Positions 28,041 to 38,202 of a stretch of 64,000 nucleotides of DNA are shown here, one piece after another. The stretch is taken from contig OY759598.1 of the NCBI GenBank assembly GCA_963662435.1, positions 1,706,507 to 1,770,506 on the forward strand. The letters are read 5' to 3'. The stretch comes from Dehalococcoidia bacterium. Lineage in GTDB: Bacteria > Chloroflexota > Dehalococcoidia > Lucifugimonadales > VXLM01. Each line of letters opens with the position of its first letter. Position 1 is the first letter of the stretch. A program made the position numbers and the translations under genes. A model generated the notes under the pieces. It was not told the DNA's origin. It saw nothing but the letters and a program-made list of their open reading frames with translations, and did not search any database.

Positions 28041-29312
28041 CTAATTTCGGACCTGGCCGGAGCCGACCACTGTCCACTTGTACGATGTCAGCTCTTTCAG
28101 TCCCACGGGACCCCGAGCGTGCATCTTATTCGTGCTGATTGCGACCTCGGCCCCGAGACCGAGCTGCCCACCGTCGTTGAACCGAGAGCTGGCATTGACG
28201 AGGACTACGCTAGAATCGACCTCATCCAAGAATCGATTCGAAGACGAGTCGTCCTGAGTCACGATCACATCGGTGTGACCGGAGCCATGCACCTCGATAT
28301 GGTCGAGGGCCTCGTCGATGGAGTCGACAACCTTGATTGCCGCGGTCAGAGCAAGGAACTCGGTGCCCCAGTCGTCGTCGGTTGCAGAGGCAACGTTCAG
28401 GCCGTTTGAGTTTCCAATGATGCTCAGAGCTCGCCTGTCGCAACGCATCTCGACACCCGATTCGCCCAGCCGTTCAGCAACGCGGGGAAGGAAGTCCGGC
28501 GCGACGCCGGAGTGCACGATGAGCGTGTCCAAAGCGTTGCAGACGTGAGGGGATGATGTCTTGGCGTTGAAGGCGATATCGACGGCCATGCCGACGTCCG
28601 CGGACTTATCGACGAAGGTGTGACACACACCGACTCCGCCGGTTATCGCGGGCATCTGCGCCTCGCGTCCGACGCGATGAACAAGCTCGGCGCTTCCGCG
28701 GGGCACAACGAGGTCGATGTACTCGGTCATGCCGAGCATCTCGCCCACCAGCGACCGGTCGGTTGACTCGACGAACTGTACCGCGTCCTGCTCGATGCCT
28801 GAGGCTGCAACAGCATCGCGCGTGATGCGTGCGAGAACCCCGTTGGAGCGAATTGCCTCCTTGCCGCCGCGAAGGATCACCGCGTTGCCGGACTTGAGGC
28901 AGAGCGAAGAAATATCGATGGTCACATTAGGACGGCTCTCGTAGATGACGCCTATCACACCAAGGGGGACGCGGCGCTTTTCAACCTGGAGGCCGTTTTC
29001 CAGCGTAGTCGCGTCGTAGAACTCCTCCGTCGGGTCTGGAAGAGAAGCGACCTTTCGCACGTCCCTGGCGATACCCTCGAGCTTGCTGCGGTCCAGCGAA
29101 AGTCGGCCGAGGACCGATTCGCTAAGACCATCTAGGCGTCCAGCGTCAATGTCTTCCGAGTTGGCCGCCACTATCTCGTCGCACCGCGCCTCCAGCGCGT
29201 CGGCCACGCCTTGCAGTGCCTGATTCTTCACCGAGGAGGAGGTCTTTGCAAGAGCACGTGAGGCTGCGCGAGCGCGCTTGCCCATCTGCTGAAGATCGGT
29301 CTTGCCGTCCAC
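28041..29312 (-). CDS. proA: Gamma-glutamyl phosphate reductase
   Basis: RVPLGVIGVIYESRPNVT, LKSGNAVILRGGKEA, CNALDT, NASSRFNDG, ISTNKMHARGP. Confidence 0.98.
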   Translation of the reverse strand: MDGKTDLQQMGKRARAASRALAKTSSSVKNQALQGVADALEARCDEIVAANSEDIDAGRLDGLSESVLGRLSLDRSKLEGIARDVRKVASLPDPTEEFYDATTLENGLQVEKRRVPLGVIGVIYESRPNVTIDISSLCLKSGNAVILRGGKEAIRSNGVLARITRDAVAASGIEQDAVQFVESTDRSLVGEMLGMTEYIDLVVPRGSAELVHRVGREAQMPAITGGVGVCHTFVDKSADVGMAVDIAFNAKTSSPHVCNALDTLIVHSGVAPDFLPRVAERLGESGVEMRCDRRALSIIGNSNGLNVASATDDDWGTEFLALTAAIKVVDSIDEALDHIEVHGSGHTDVIVTQDDSSSNRFLDEVDSSVVLVNASSRFNDGGQLGLGAEVAISTNKMHARGPVGLKELTSYKWTVVGSGQVRN

Positions 29313-29338
29313 GTTGTCACCCTCCGCCGGCAGGCTAC

Positions 29339-30478
29339 CTATAACCTTATCATGTCCCGTCGATGGACGACCTCGTCGCTGTAGCGGTCACCGAGGATTT
29401 CGGCTACGCGGTCCGAACGAACGCCCTTGATCCGGTCAAGCTCCTTCGAGCTATAGTTTGCAATGCCCGCAGCCACCTGGATGCCTCGAGCGTTGCGAAT
29501 CTGCACGGCCTCGCCGCGTTGGAATGTTCCCACAACCGACGTAACTCCGACTGGCAGGAGGCTTCGGTCCCTCTGCAGGAGCACGTCTGCCGCACCGTCA
29601 TCGACGACCACCCATCCGGACTTCGAGACGTTCATTCTCAGCCAGTTCTTCCGGCTCTCCTTCGCTCTATGGCTCGCAGGGCAAAACGTCCCGACTCTTT
29701 CACCATTAGCCAGCCGGGTCACCACATTCGGCTCCTCCCCGCTGGCGATGACAACATCCACTCCACCCTCGGTGGCAAACTTTGCAGCCTCGAACTTCGT
29801 GGCCATGCCGCCGCGCCCCTTCCGATCGCGCGGCGCCCCGGCACGGGCCCGCATCTTCCTATCGAACCGTGAGATGACCGAGATCAGCTCCGCATCCGAA
29901 TCGACGGTGGGATCGGATGTGTACAGCCCGTTGACTATGCCCAACAGAATGAGCAGGTCGGCGTCCATGGCCCTGGCTACCCTCGCGGCCAGGTTGTCGT
30001 TATCGCCGAATCCCGCGCCCGCAAGCTCATCCACTGCCACGACGTCGTTCTCGTTCACAATCGGGACGACGCCCAGATCGAGAAGCGACGCGAGCGTGTT
30101 TCGAACGTTCAGGTCGCGCAGCTTCTGCCCCCGCGTGCGTCGTTCGCCGACGTCGTTAAGGGTCAGGAGCACCTGGGCAACGGTGATGTCCGACTCACTG
30201 AAGAGGTCCTGATAGATGTGCATCAGGTGACTCTGTCCCACCGCGGCGAGGGCCTGGCGGAACTGCACGCTTGTGTCATCGGCGCCGGCAACGGCCCCTC
30301 GCCCCGCCGCTACCGCTCCCGATGAGACGAGGATGATCCTTACGCCTTCCCTGTGGAGACGCGCCAACTGCTCGACGAGCCCCGTCATGACCGCATGATT
30401 GGGGCTGCCCGAGTCGTCTGTCAGTAAAGCCGTACCGGCCTTTACAACAATTCGACGATAGGAATCTTGCTGCTGCAT
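29339..30478 (-). CDS. proB: Glutamate 5-kinase with PUA domain
   Basis: IVVKAGT, VSSGAVAAG, AAVGQ, NENDVV, FGDNDNLAA, GGMATK, SLLPVG; likely ATG at 30478. Confidence 0.97.
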   Translation of the reverse strand: MQQQDSYRRIVVKAGTALLTDDSGSPNHAVMTGLVEQLARLHREGVRIILVSSGAVAAGRGAVAGADDTSVQFRQALAAVGQSHLMHIYQDLFSESDITVAQVLLTLNDVGERRTRGQKLRDLNVRNTLASLLDLGVVPIVNENDVVAVDELAGAGFGDNDNLAARVARAMDADLLILLGIVNGLYTSDPTVDSDAELISVISRFDRKMRARAGAPRDRKGRGGMATKFEAAKFATEGGVDVVIASGEEPNVVTRLANGERVGTFCPASHRAKESRKNWLRMNVSKSGWVVVDDGAADVLLQRDRSLLPVGVTSVVGTFQRGEAVQIRNARGIQVAAGIANYSSKELDRIKGVRSDRVAEILGDRYSDEVVHRRDMIRL

Positions 30479-30694
30479 TGGGGAAAAGCGACGTTCTGCG
30501 TTGAATGCCGGGAGCACCGGCGCATAGCTACAAATCTATGCTAACAGTCACGGTTCACGTGTCAAGCAATTCATATCCATGGTTTCCAGAGCTTTGGTGC
30601 AGCCGCACGTCTCAGGGCTCCATGAACGTCGCATGACTATACGGCTGAAACGTCGTCCATGAAGCTCATCGTGGTATAGTAGATCGAGAGCCGA

Positions 30695-31780
30695 TTGGCA
30701 TTGGGATTACGGACGTTGAACGGCGGGAAGAGGGTCTGGATCGGGCTTTTGCTCAGCGCCATTTTCGTGGCGCTTTTTTTCGTCACGGTCGATTTCCGAC
30801 GCCTCATGGACGCCCTCATGGGGGCGAATTACATCTACGTGGTCCCGGGCATCGGGCTCTACCTGATAGGCGTATGGTTTCGCACCGTGCGCTGGAGACG
30901 CCTTCTCCTGCATATTCGGCCAATATCGAGCACGCGGCTATTTCCCGTCGTGGTTGTTGGGTACATGGCGAACAATCTGCTGCCGCTTCGACTTGGTGAA
31001 CTGGTTCGGAGCTACTACATCGGTGACCGCGAAAAAGTCAGCAAGACGGCGGCGCTGGTCACCATCTTCATCGAGCGGCTCCTCGATGCCCTGACGCTGT
31101 TGCTCTTCATTCTAGTGATCGCTATATTCGTTCCGCTGATTGGCCTGGCTGAGGCTTTCGGCGAGCGTTGGAGTCTGCCGTGGCCGCTACTGGCAGGAAC
31201 GATCAGCCTGCCCTTTGTTGTGGCCTTCAGTCTTCTCGTCGTGGTCGCCTACGCGCCGGCAAGAGTCAGAACACTCATTGGAATGTTGCTGCGCTCCTTG
31301 CCTTCGGGCCTTGAGAGCCGTCTCATGCACATTGTCGATATGTTCCTGGAAGGACTGCAGTCTCTCAAGAGCCCCTCGACCATCCTTGTCGTTTTCGTAC
31401 TTTCGGTCCCGGTCTGGCTCTTTGAAGCGGGTCTTTTCGTCCTCGTTGGGTACTCATTTGGATTCCACGAGATATATGACAGCCTGCCCGAACTGATAGT
31501 CGCGATGGTGCTCGTCACGGCCATAGCCAACATCGGCGCATCAATTCCCGCGGGGCCCGGCGGCATCGGCTTGTTCGAGCTCATTGCGCGCGAAACGTTG
31601 GTCCTACTGCCCCTCGCCGCCGTAGACCGGGCGGTCGCGGGCGGGTACGTGGCAGTGGTCCACGCCTGCCTGCTCATACCGATGATCGTCCTCGGCCAGT
31701 TCTTCCTCTGGCAGCAGCACGTGTCCCTTCGGAGCCTCACGAAGCTCGGCCAGGGCGACGATCAGGAGCCGCCGTCATGA
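30695..31780 (+). CDS. Lysylphosphatidylglycerol-synthase TM / flippase-like membrane protein
   Basis: RTVRW, GYMANNLLPLRLGELVR, ERLLD, PGGIGLFE. Confidence 0.88.
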   Translation: MALGLRTLNGGKRVWIGLLLSAIFVALFFVTVDFRRLMDALMGANYIYVVPGIGLYLIGVWFRTVRWRRLLLHIRPISSTRLFPVVVVGYMANNLLPLRLGELVRSYYIGDREKVSKTAALVTIFIERLLDALTLLLFILVIAIFVPLIGLAEAFGERWSLPWPLLAGTISLPFVVAFSLLVVVAYAPARVRTLIGMLLRSLPSGLESRLMHIVDMFLEGLQSLKSPSTILVVFVLSVPVWLFEAGLFVLVGYSFGFHEIYDSLPELIVAMVLVTAIANIGASIPAGPGGIGLFELIARETLVLLPLAAVDRAVAGGYVAVVHACLLIPMIVLGQFFLWQQHVSLRSLTKLGQGDDQEPPS

Positions 31781-33102
31781 GGGTCGGGATCATTGGGGCA
31801 GGAGCGACGGGACTAACGGCAGCTTACGAGCTATGCAAGGACGGTCACGACGTGGCCGTCTATGAACGCGCGTCATTCCTGGGAGGTCAGGCCTCCACGT
31901 TCAACGTTGGGGGCGCTCCGCTCGAACGCGGCTACCATCACCTGTTCACCGGCGACACCGACATCCTCGATCTGGTCGACGAGATAGGTCTGGGCGAACA
32001 GATGCGGTGGTACGGTTCGAAGGTGGGGACTCTGTACGACGGCAGGATCTATAACTTCGTCACTCCTATCGACTTGCTGAAGTTCAAACCGCTCAGTCTC
32101 GTAAACCGGTTCCGGCTCGGCATCTCGACGCTGCTGCTGCGACGGATGAAAGAATGGCGGCAATTGGAGAATATCCCCGCCGCGGACTGGCTGCGTCGTT
32201 ACGCGGGTGAGCAGGCGTACGAGGTGTTCTGGGGGCCGATGCTGCGCGGAAAGTTCGGCGAAGAGTTCTACGACCAGATCGGGATGCCGTGGATTTGGGG
32301 AAAGATCAACACGCGGTTCGCGTCGCGCGGCAAGAGCATGTCCCGTGAGATGCTCGGCTATCCGATCGGGAGTTTCGGCGAGGTCTTCGACATTCTCGGC
32401 GAACGAGTGCGTGAAATGGGCGGGGAGGTGCATACCAACGCCGAAGTGACGGCGATCGATACCCAACGGAACGCAGAGACGACCCTTCAAGTCGAGTTTC
32501 TCGATCAGGATAGATCGGACCCCGTTCCCTTCGATGCGGTTATTTCCACCACCCAGTGCCACATATTCGCGCGACTTCTACCCGATCTGCCGGCGGAGTA
32601 CATGAAGAAGCTGAAGGACACCCGATATCTCTCGGCGCTCCTTCTTGTCCTCGTGCTCGACAGGCCACTTTCACATGTATACTGGCTGAATGTTGCCGAC
32701 CGCTCGATTCCCTTCGTCGGGGTGATCGAGCAGACCAATATGGTCGAGTCCGAGCACTACGGCGGACGGCACATTGTGTACCTGTCCAACTACCTATCCC
32801 GTGATGACCGGCTGTACAAGCTTAGCCACGATGAACTGATGAACGAGTACCTGCCTCATCTGAGAAAGATCAATCCCGACTTCGACCCGTCGTGGATTGT
32901 CGAGAGTTACCGGCAGCACGTGGACGCTGCCCAGCCCATTATCGGCACCGGCTACTCGGAGAAGATGCCCGCACATCGTACGCCGATCAGGGGTGTGTAT
33001 CTCGCCAACACGGCGCAGGTCTACCCGGAGGACAGGGGCACGAACTACAGTGTCCGCATGGGCAGGATGATCGCCAAGATGGTGATGAAAGACCTAGAGT
33101 AA
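31777..33102 (+). CDS. FAD-dependent oxidoreductase (protoporphyrinogen-oxidase-like family)
   Basis: IIGAGATGLTAA, LGG, ERGYHH, YPEDRGTNYSV; ATGA overlap with the upstream gene. Confidence 0.9.
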   Translation: MRVGIIGAGATGLTAAYELCKDGHDVAVYERASFLGGQASTFNVGGAPLERGYHHLFTGDTDILDLVDEIGLGEQMRWYGSKVGTLYDGRIYNFVTPIDLLKFKPLSLVNRFRLGISTLLLRRMKEWRQLENIPAADWLRRYAGEQAYEVFWGPMLRGKFGEEFYDQIGMPWIWGKINTRFASRGKSMSREMLGYPIGSFGEVFDILGERVREMGGEVHTNAEVTAIDTQRNAETTLQVEFLDQDRSDPVPFDAVISTTQCHIFARLLPDLPAEYMKKLKDTRYLSALLLVLVLDRPLSHVYWLNVADRSIPFVGVIEQTNMVESEHYGGRHIVYLSNYLSRDDRLYKLSHDELMNEYLPHLRKINPDFDPSWIVESYRQHVDAAQPIIGTGYSEKMPAHRTPIRGVYLANTAQVYPEDRGTNYSVRMGRMIAKMVMKDLE

Positions 33103-33103
33103 A

Positions 33104-33133
33104 TTGACAGTATTTTCGTACGGTGAGTATAAT
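33104..33133 (+). promoter_or_regulatory. Consensus sigma70 promoter of the rpmH operon
   Basis: TTGACA-18 bp-TATAAT, 19 bp before the rpmH ATG. Confidence 0.85.
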
Positions 33134-33152
33134 CGATGATTGGAAGTAACCT

Positions 33153-33287
33153 ATGAAAAGAACATATCAACCAAAGAAACGCCGCCGGATGCGTGTGCAC
33201 GGTTTCCGTTCGCGTATGCGGAGCAGACATGGCCGAAAGGTACTCAAGCGACGGATGTTCAAGGGCCGCACCCGTCTGACCGTGTAG
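33153..33287 (+). CDS. rpmH: 50S ribosomal protein L34
   Basis: Below the ORF-track size cutoff; manual translation [44 protein letters not shown]. Confidence 0.98.
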   Translation: MKRTYQPKKRRRMRVHGFRSRMRSRHGRKVLKRRMFKGRTRLTV

Positions 33288-33296
33288 CTGTGCACG

Positions 33297-33686
33297 ATGC
33301 AGCAGGAAAGCCGGTTGCGAAAGACGGCGGACTTTGCGGCAGTGTGGTCGGAGGGCCGATCGAAGGTCGATAGGCTCTTCGTAGTTAGAGTACGTCCCAA
33401 CGGTCTAGGAGTAACTCGAATCGGCTTTTCCGTAAGCAAGCGCATCGGAAATGCGGTCGCTCGCAATCTAGTGAAACGCCGCCTTCGCGAGGTGACGCGG
33501 GCAACGGCGGTGGAGGCTGGGTTCGATATCGTAATCGCCGCTCGCAGCGGAGCCGCCGATGTCGAATTCGGGAGAATCGAACGTTCAATTCGCAATCTGC
33601 TCAGGCGGTCCGGCGTACTTCGGCAAGCGGAGGACGGTGTGTCGATGAGCAGTCCAGCAGGCACTAACGGGGGTCACGATGCGTAG
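33297..33686 (+). CDS. rnpA: Ribonuclease P protein component
   Basis: RIGFSVSKRIGNAVARNLVKRRLRE. Confidence 0.96.
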   Translation: MQQESRLRKTADFAAVWSEGRSKVDRLFVVRVRPNGLGVTRIGFSVSKRIGNAVARNLVKRRLREVTRATAVEAGFDIVIAARSGAADVEFGRIERSIRNLLRRSGVLRQAEDGVSMSSPAGTNGGHDA

Positions 33687-33891
33687 GGCGGCCCTAGGGG
33701 CAATAACGCTGTACCAGATGACGCTATCGCAGGTATTTTTTCGAGGGGTCTGCAGGTATTATCCGTCCTGCTCAGAGTACGCCTACGAGGCTATCCAGAG
33801 GTATGGAGTATTGAATGGCGCGTGGTTCGGCATCAAGCGCCTCAGTCGTTGCCGACCATTCGGCTCCAGCGGGTACGACCCCGTTCCATGA
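33679..33891 (+). CDS. yidD: Membrane protein insertion efficiency factor
   Basis: CRYYPSCSEYA...RC.PF..GYDPVP. Confidence 0.96.
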   Translation: MRRAALGAITLYQMTLSQVFFRGVCRYYPSCSEYAYEAIQRYGVLNGAWFGIKRLSRCRPFGSSGYDPVP

Positions 33892-33964
33892 ATGATCTTG
33901 ATATGAGAAGTCGCGCGACAGCAAGCCAAATACGGTCCCGACTTCTCGGACAATCTCCCAGCAT

Positions 33965-35116
33965 TTGAAAACGAAAACCGGAACTAACAGACTTCACTTG
34001 GGCCGTTCAGGCCTGCGTTGGCTGATTGTCGCATCTGTGGCAATGACCCTCATCATCACCGGCTGTGTGCGCGCCGGGACACCCCAGGGGTGGTCGGGCG
34101 TCGTCGTTGAAAACGAGCGACTCTATGTAGGCACGCAGGACCAGGACATTCGGGCGCTGGACTTCGAAACGGGCGAGACCTTGTGGCGCTCGCAGCTTCG
34201 TGGCGAAGTCGAATCAAACCGTGCGGTCTACGGCACTCCCGCAGTCTCAAACGGCGTTGCCTATGTCGGCAGCTACGATGGGACGCTCATGGCTCTGAAC
34301 GTGGCCAACGGCAACGACATTTGGGATGCGACCGTGGGGATAGGGGACCCGATTGTTGGCGGGCCTGCAGTTGGAGGCGGTCGAGTCTTCGTAGGGTCGA
34401 GTGACGGTGGGCTCTACACCTATAGCGAAGAAGACGGTTCCTTCCAATGGAACTTCGAGACCGGCAATAGCATCTGGGCCACACCGGCCGTGGCGAACGG
34501 CAAGGTCTATTTCGGGTCGATGGACCAGAACGTGTACTCGCTCGACCTGGATGGTCGGCCAGTTTGGGAATTTGGCACCGGCGGGGCCGTGACGGCCGAA
34601 CCGTTGGTGCAGGACGGCCGGGTTTACATCGGCTCATTCAGCAGCGATTTCTACGCTCTTGATGCGCAGACCGGCCAGCAGATCTGGAAGTTCTCCGGAG
34701 CTACCGGCTGGTACTGGAGCGGCGCGGTCTCGAACGGCAACACCCTGTTCGTCGGTTCGACCGACGGCAATCTCTACGCGCTCGACGCGGCTTCCGGGCT
34801 GCTGCAGTGGGCGGCCTCGACCAACGGTTCCATAGTCGGCTCCCCTGCCCTAGTTGGAGACCGGGTCGCCTTCGCTTCCACCGACGGAAGGGTAAGGCTG
34901 GTGCGGCAGCAGGACGGCCTCGATGAGACTCAGTGCAATATCGGCGCCGACGTCAAGGCGCCCATAACGGCACATGAGAAGTTTCTCTTCTTCCGGGCTG
35001 ATGACCGGAGTATTCGAGCCCTGGAAGTCAATGCGAACGGAAATCCCGACGAGGTCTGGATACACCGGTCGGACCAAGACGACCCGGTGTCCCGGGACTG
35101 GACGAGGTCCTGCTAA
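33965..35116 (+). CDS. PQQ-like beta-propeller lipoprotein (BamB-like fold)
   Basis: Lipobox ITGC; repeated P.V..G.V.GS.DG.L.ALD...G...W blades. Confidence 0.9.
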   Translation: MKTKTGTNRLHLGRSGLRWLIVASVAMTLIITGCVRAGTPQGWSGVVVENERLYVGTQDQDIRALDFETGETLWRSQLRGEVESNRAVYGTPAVSNGVAYVGSYDGTLMALNVANGNDIWDATVGIGDPIVGGPAVGGGRVFVGSSDGGLYTYSEEDGSFQWNFETGNSIWATPAVANGKVYFGSMDQNVYSLDLDGRPVWEFGTGGAVTAEPLVQDGRVYIGSFSSDFYALDAQTGQQIWKFSGATGWYWSGAVSNGNTLFVGSTDGNLYALDAASGLLQWAASTNGSIVGSPALVGDRVAFASTDGRVRLVRQQDGLDETQCNIGADVKAPITAHEKFLFFRADDRSIRALEVNANGNPDEVWIHRSDQDDPVSRDWTRSC

Positions 35117-35198
35117 ATATGAGAGCTAACCACAGCTACTGCGCTTCGGCATTCAGTCAGGCGCTGATGCTTGAACCAACAACGATGAAGGCGGACTC

Positions 35199-36197
35199 TT
35201 GGAGCTAATCGGCGACATCTGGGACCTGGTCATCAACAGGCCGATGATCAACAGCCTGGTATTCCTGTACTGGGTCTGTTTCAGCAACTTCGGCCTGAGC
35301 ATCATCGTGTTCACACTTGTAACACGTCTGCTCATGGTGCCGCTGACCATGCGCCAGGTGAAGATGACAAGGGCCATGAGCGATCTTGCGCCCAAGGCCC
35401 AGGAAATTAGCGAAAAGTACAAGGAGGACCCGCAACGCCGTTCCCAGGAGACGATGAAGCTCTACCGGGAGTCGGGCGTGAATCCTGTGGGCTGCCTGGG
35501 GCCGCTGGTCCTGCAGATGCCGATCTTCATCGGCCTGTTCTGGGCCCTGCGGGCGACGCTGGCCTCGACGCCGGAAAGCCTGGCTGATCTCGCGACCAAG
35601 CTCTATCCGTGGCTCCCAGGCGTGGGCGAGTCCATACCCATCGACCCTTTCTTCCTTGGACTGAACCTAGGGGACCTCACCTCCGCGAGTGGGTACGGCC
35701 CATTCCTGGCATTGATCGTGGCGGCTTCGACGTGGCTCATGCAGAAGATGAGCACGTCACGTGCGACGAGCCCGCAGCAAGAGCAGACGAGCAAGATGCT
35801 CCTGTGGTTCATGCCCATCATGATCGGTGTTTTCTCCCTGCAGTTCGAAACGGGGCTTACCATATACTGGACCGTCTCCAACATCGCAGGAATCATCGTG
35901 CAGGGATTCATAGGCGGATGGGGCCAGGTGAAGGAGGCGTTTTCTTTCGGCTCGCTCGGCGCCCTCTGGGGAAAGCCCCCTGCGGGAGACAAGAAGGCCG
36001 ATTCCGACACATCGACTAATAAGAACGGCGGAAGGGACTCGGAAGACGGCGATGGCTCCGAGTCCGACCATCGTTCAGAGGAGGCAGGATCCGATGAACA
36101 CCGTGGAAATGACGGGCAAGACGCCCGAAGAAGCGATCGAGTTCGCTCTAAAGGAGCTCGACGCAGAGCGCGGCGAGGTAGAAATCGACGTCGTTAG
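35199..36197 (+). CDS. yidC: Membrane protein insertase YidC
   Basis: FGLSIIVFT..R..PL, KLYRESGVNPVGCLGPLVLQMPIF, GLTIYW..SN; Arg-rich tail. Confidence 0.96.
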   Translation: MELIGDIWDLVINRPMINSLVFLYWVCFSNFGLSIIVFTLVTRLLMVPLTMRQVKMTRAMSDLAPKAQEISEKYKEDPQRRSQETMKLYRESGVNPVGCLGPLVLQMPIFIGLFWALRATLASTPESLADLATKLYPWLPGVGESIPIDPFFLGLNLGDLTSASGYGPFLALIVAASTWLMQKMSTSRATSPQQEQTSKMLLWFMPIMIGVFSLQFETGLTIYWTVSNIAGIIVQGFIGGWGQVKEAFSFGSLGALWGKPPAGDKKADSDTSTNKNGGRDSEDGDGSESDHRSEEAGSDEHRGNDGQDARRSDRVRSKGARRRARRGRNRRR

Positions 36198-36732
36198 TCG
36201 CGGCAAGTCGGGCATCCTCGGCATTGGAGGAGAGCCCGCAAAAGTCCGGGTAACGCTCATCGAGCAGCCCTCGGACCTCGCACGCGTCGCAACGGGGGTA
36301 TTGGAAGACCTCATCGAGCGCATGGACGTCTCCGCCTCCGTACACCTCAAGCAGGCGTACAACGAAGAGGTGGACGGTCCGATAATCGAGGTTGACGGCG
36401 AGGACTCCGGACTACTGATCGGCAGGCGGGGTGAAACGCTGCGTTCGCTCCAGTTCATTGTGAGCTTCATCTGCGCGAAGCGGATGGGCGAGCGCGTTAA
36501 CCTGTTCGTGGATGTGGCCGGCTACCAGGAGCGCAGGTACAATTCGTTGCGAAATCTGGCACGCAAGGTCGCCCAGCGGGTTACCGACGGCGGACGGCCG
36601 ATCCCCCTCGAACCCATGCCGCCCAATGAACGCCGAATAGTGCACCTCACGCTCGCAGATGACCCAAACGTCACGACCGCGAGCGAAGGTCATGGTGATC
36701 AGCGCCAGGTGGTGGTGGAACCCCAGGACTAG
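36094..36732 (+). CDS. jag: Jag/EloR/KhpB RNA-binding protein (Jag-N, KH, R3H)
   Basis: ATG 36094 after GAGGAGG; GKTPEEAIE, LLIGRRGETLRSLQ, LEPMPPNERRIVH. Confidence 0.95.
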   Translation: MNTVEMTGKTPEEAIEFALKELDAERGEVEIDVVSRGKSGILGIGGEPAKVRVTLIEQPSDLARVATGVLEDLIERMDVSASVHLKQAYNEEVDGPIIEVDGEDSGLLIGRRGETLRSLQFIVSFICAKRMGERVNLFVDVAGYQERRYNSLRNLARKVAQRVTDGGRPIPLEPMPPNERRIVHLTLADDPNVTTASEGHGDQRQVVVEPQD

Positions 36733-36785
36733 TGGGCACAGGTAGAGGAGAAATGGTTGTGGGGCGTATACAGGGACCGATAAGA

Positions 36786-36845
36786 CCGTTTGCCCTGAGC
36801 CTGTCGATGGGCGGTTCATAGTTCGACAAGCTCACCACGAACGGT
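36786..36845. repeat. Inverted REP doublet, possible terminator or mRNA stabiliser
   Basis: CCGTTTGCCCTGAGCCTGTCGA...TTCGACAAGCTCACCACGAACGG. Confidence 0.8.
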
Positions 36846-36875
36846 CCCGGTTGACTACAAACGGAGGATACCGAG

Positions 36876-38000
36876 GTGATCGTCGGAGTACCGAAAGAGA
36901 GGGTTGAAGGCGAACGAAGGGTCGCACTGACCCCAAACTCGGTTTCTCGGCTCGCGAAAGACGGCGTCCAGGTCGTTGTGGAATCGGGGGCCGGTGATGA
37001 GTCGTTCTTCTCGGACGAGGAGTACCTGCAGGCAGGCGCTACGACGGCACAGTCGGTCTTCGAATCCGCCGATCTCATTGTCGGTGTGCGCAAGCCGGTC
37101 GATGTGACGTCCCTGAATTCGGGGACAGCGTTGGCGGCCACGATCCAACCGCTGGTCGATCATGCGTCGGTCAAATCGCTTGCCGAGGCAGGTGTGACGA
37201 CCTTTAGCATGGATACCATTCCCCGCATCGCGCGGGCACAGAGCATGGACGTTCTTTCGTCGATGGCATCGCTCGCCGGGTACAAGGCCGCAATCATCGC
37301 GGCGGACGCACTTGGAAAGCTCTTCCCCATGATGATGGCGGCATCCGGAACGACGCCACCCGCAAAGGGACTGGTGCTCGGCGCCGGTGTGGCAGGGCTG
37401 CAGGCCATCGCGACTGCGCGCAGGCTCGGAGCCGTGCTGTCGGGGTATGACGTGCGGCCGGTCGTGCGTGAGCAGGTGGAGAGCCTGGGAGCGACCTTCC
37501 TCGAGGTCGAGCTTGACGAGGAAGCGGAAGACGCCGGTGGCTACGCCCGCGAGTTGTCGGAGGAAGCGAAACGGAAGGGACAGGAGCTGGTCCATTCCGC
37601 CGTTCAGGAGATGGACTTCGTCATTACGACGGCGGCGATTCCGGGAAGGGCGGCGCCCCGGCTCATCGACGCGGAAATGGTGCGCGACATGCGGCCCGGA
37701 GCGGTCATCGTAGACCTGGCAGCGGAGACAGGCGGGAACTGTGAACTGACGAGACCCGGCGAGACGGTAGTGGAGAACGGCGTATCGATCGTCGGACCGC
37801 TGAACCTGCCGAGCGCGATGCCGACTCACGCCAGCCAGATGTACGCGCGCAATATGTTGAACTTCATCAACCACATCGCCAAGGATGGCGAGATCATAGT
37901 GGACACCGAGGACGAGATCACGAAGGGTTGTTTGATTACCCACGACGGCGAGATCGTCCACGAGGCGACCATCGCCGCGATGGGGGCGAATGATGGGTAA
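36876..38000 (+). CDS. pntA: NAD(P) transhydrogenase alpha subunit, domain I
   Basis: GVPKE..ERRVALTP, PRIARAQSMDVLSS, GAGVAGLQAIATA, DLAAETGGNC. Confidence 0.97.
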   Translation: MIVGVPKERVEGERRVALTPNSVSRLAKDGVQVVVESGAGDESFFSDEEYLQAGATTAQSVFESADLIVGVRKPVDVTSLNSGTALAATIQPLVDHASVKSLAEAGVTTFSMDTIPRIARAQSMDVLSSMASLAGYKAAIIAADALGKLFPMMMAASGTTPPAKGLVLGAGVAGLQAIATARRLGAVLSGYDVRPVVREQVESLGATFLEVELDEEAEDAGGYARELSEEAKRKGQELVHSAVQEMDFVITTAAIPGRAAPRLIDAEMVRDMRPGAVIVDLAAETGGNCELTRPGETVVENGVSIVGPLNLPSAMPTHASQMYARNMLNFINHIAKDGEIIVDTEDEITKGCLITHDGEIVHEATIAAMGANDG

Positions 38001-38202
38001 TCGGAATAGGGAAAATGGATTCCCGCTTCCGAGGGAATGACCATGGCCTCGCGAAGGCCACATAAGGAGATGAAAATCGGATGGCGTCGGGAACGGGCAA
38101 CCACAAGGGTTGCCCCTACAACAGGTCTGCCAAAGCCTATTCTCCTATGAATGACGAAGAGAGTGCGACAATGACAAGGGGAAAACTCCTGCGGAGAGAA
38201 CC

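Noticed and set aside
30589..30667. Possible long hairpin between proB and the flippase-like gene
   Set aside because: Only two 6-bp complementary patches, lying between divergent promoter-like sites; consistent with chance.
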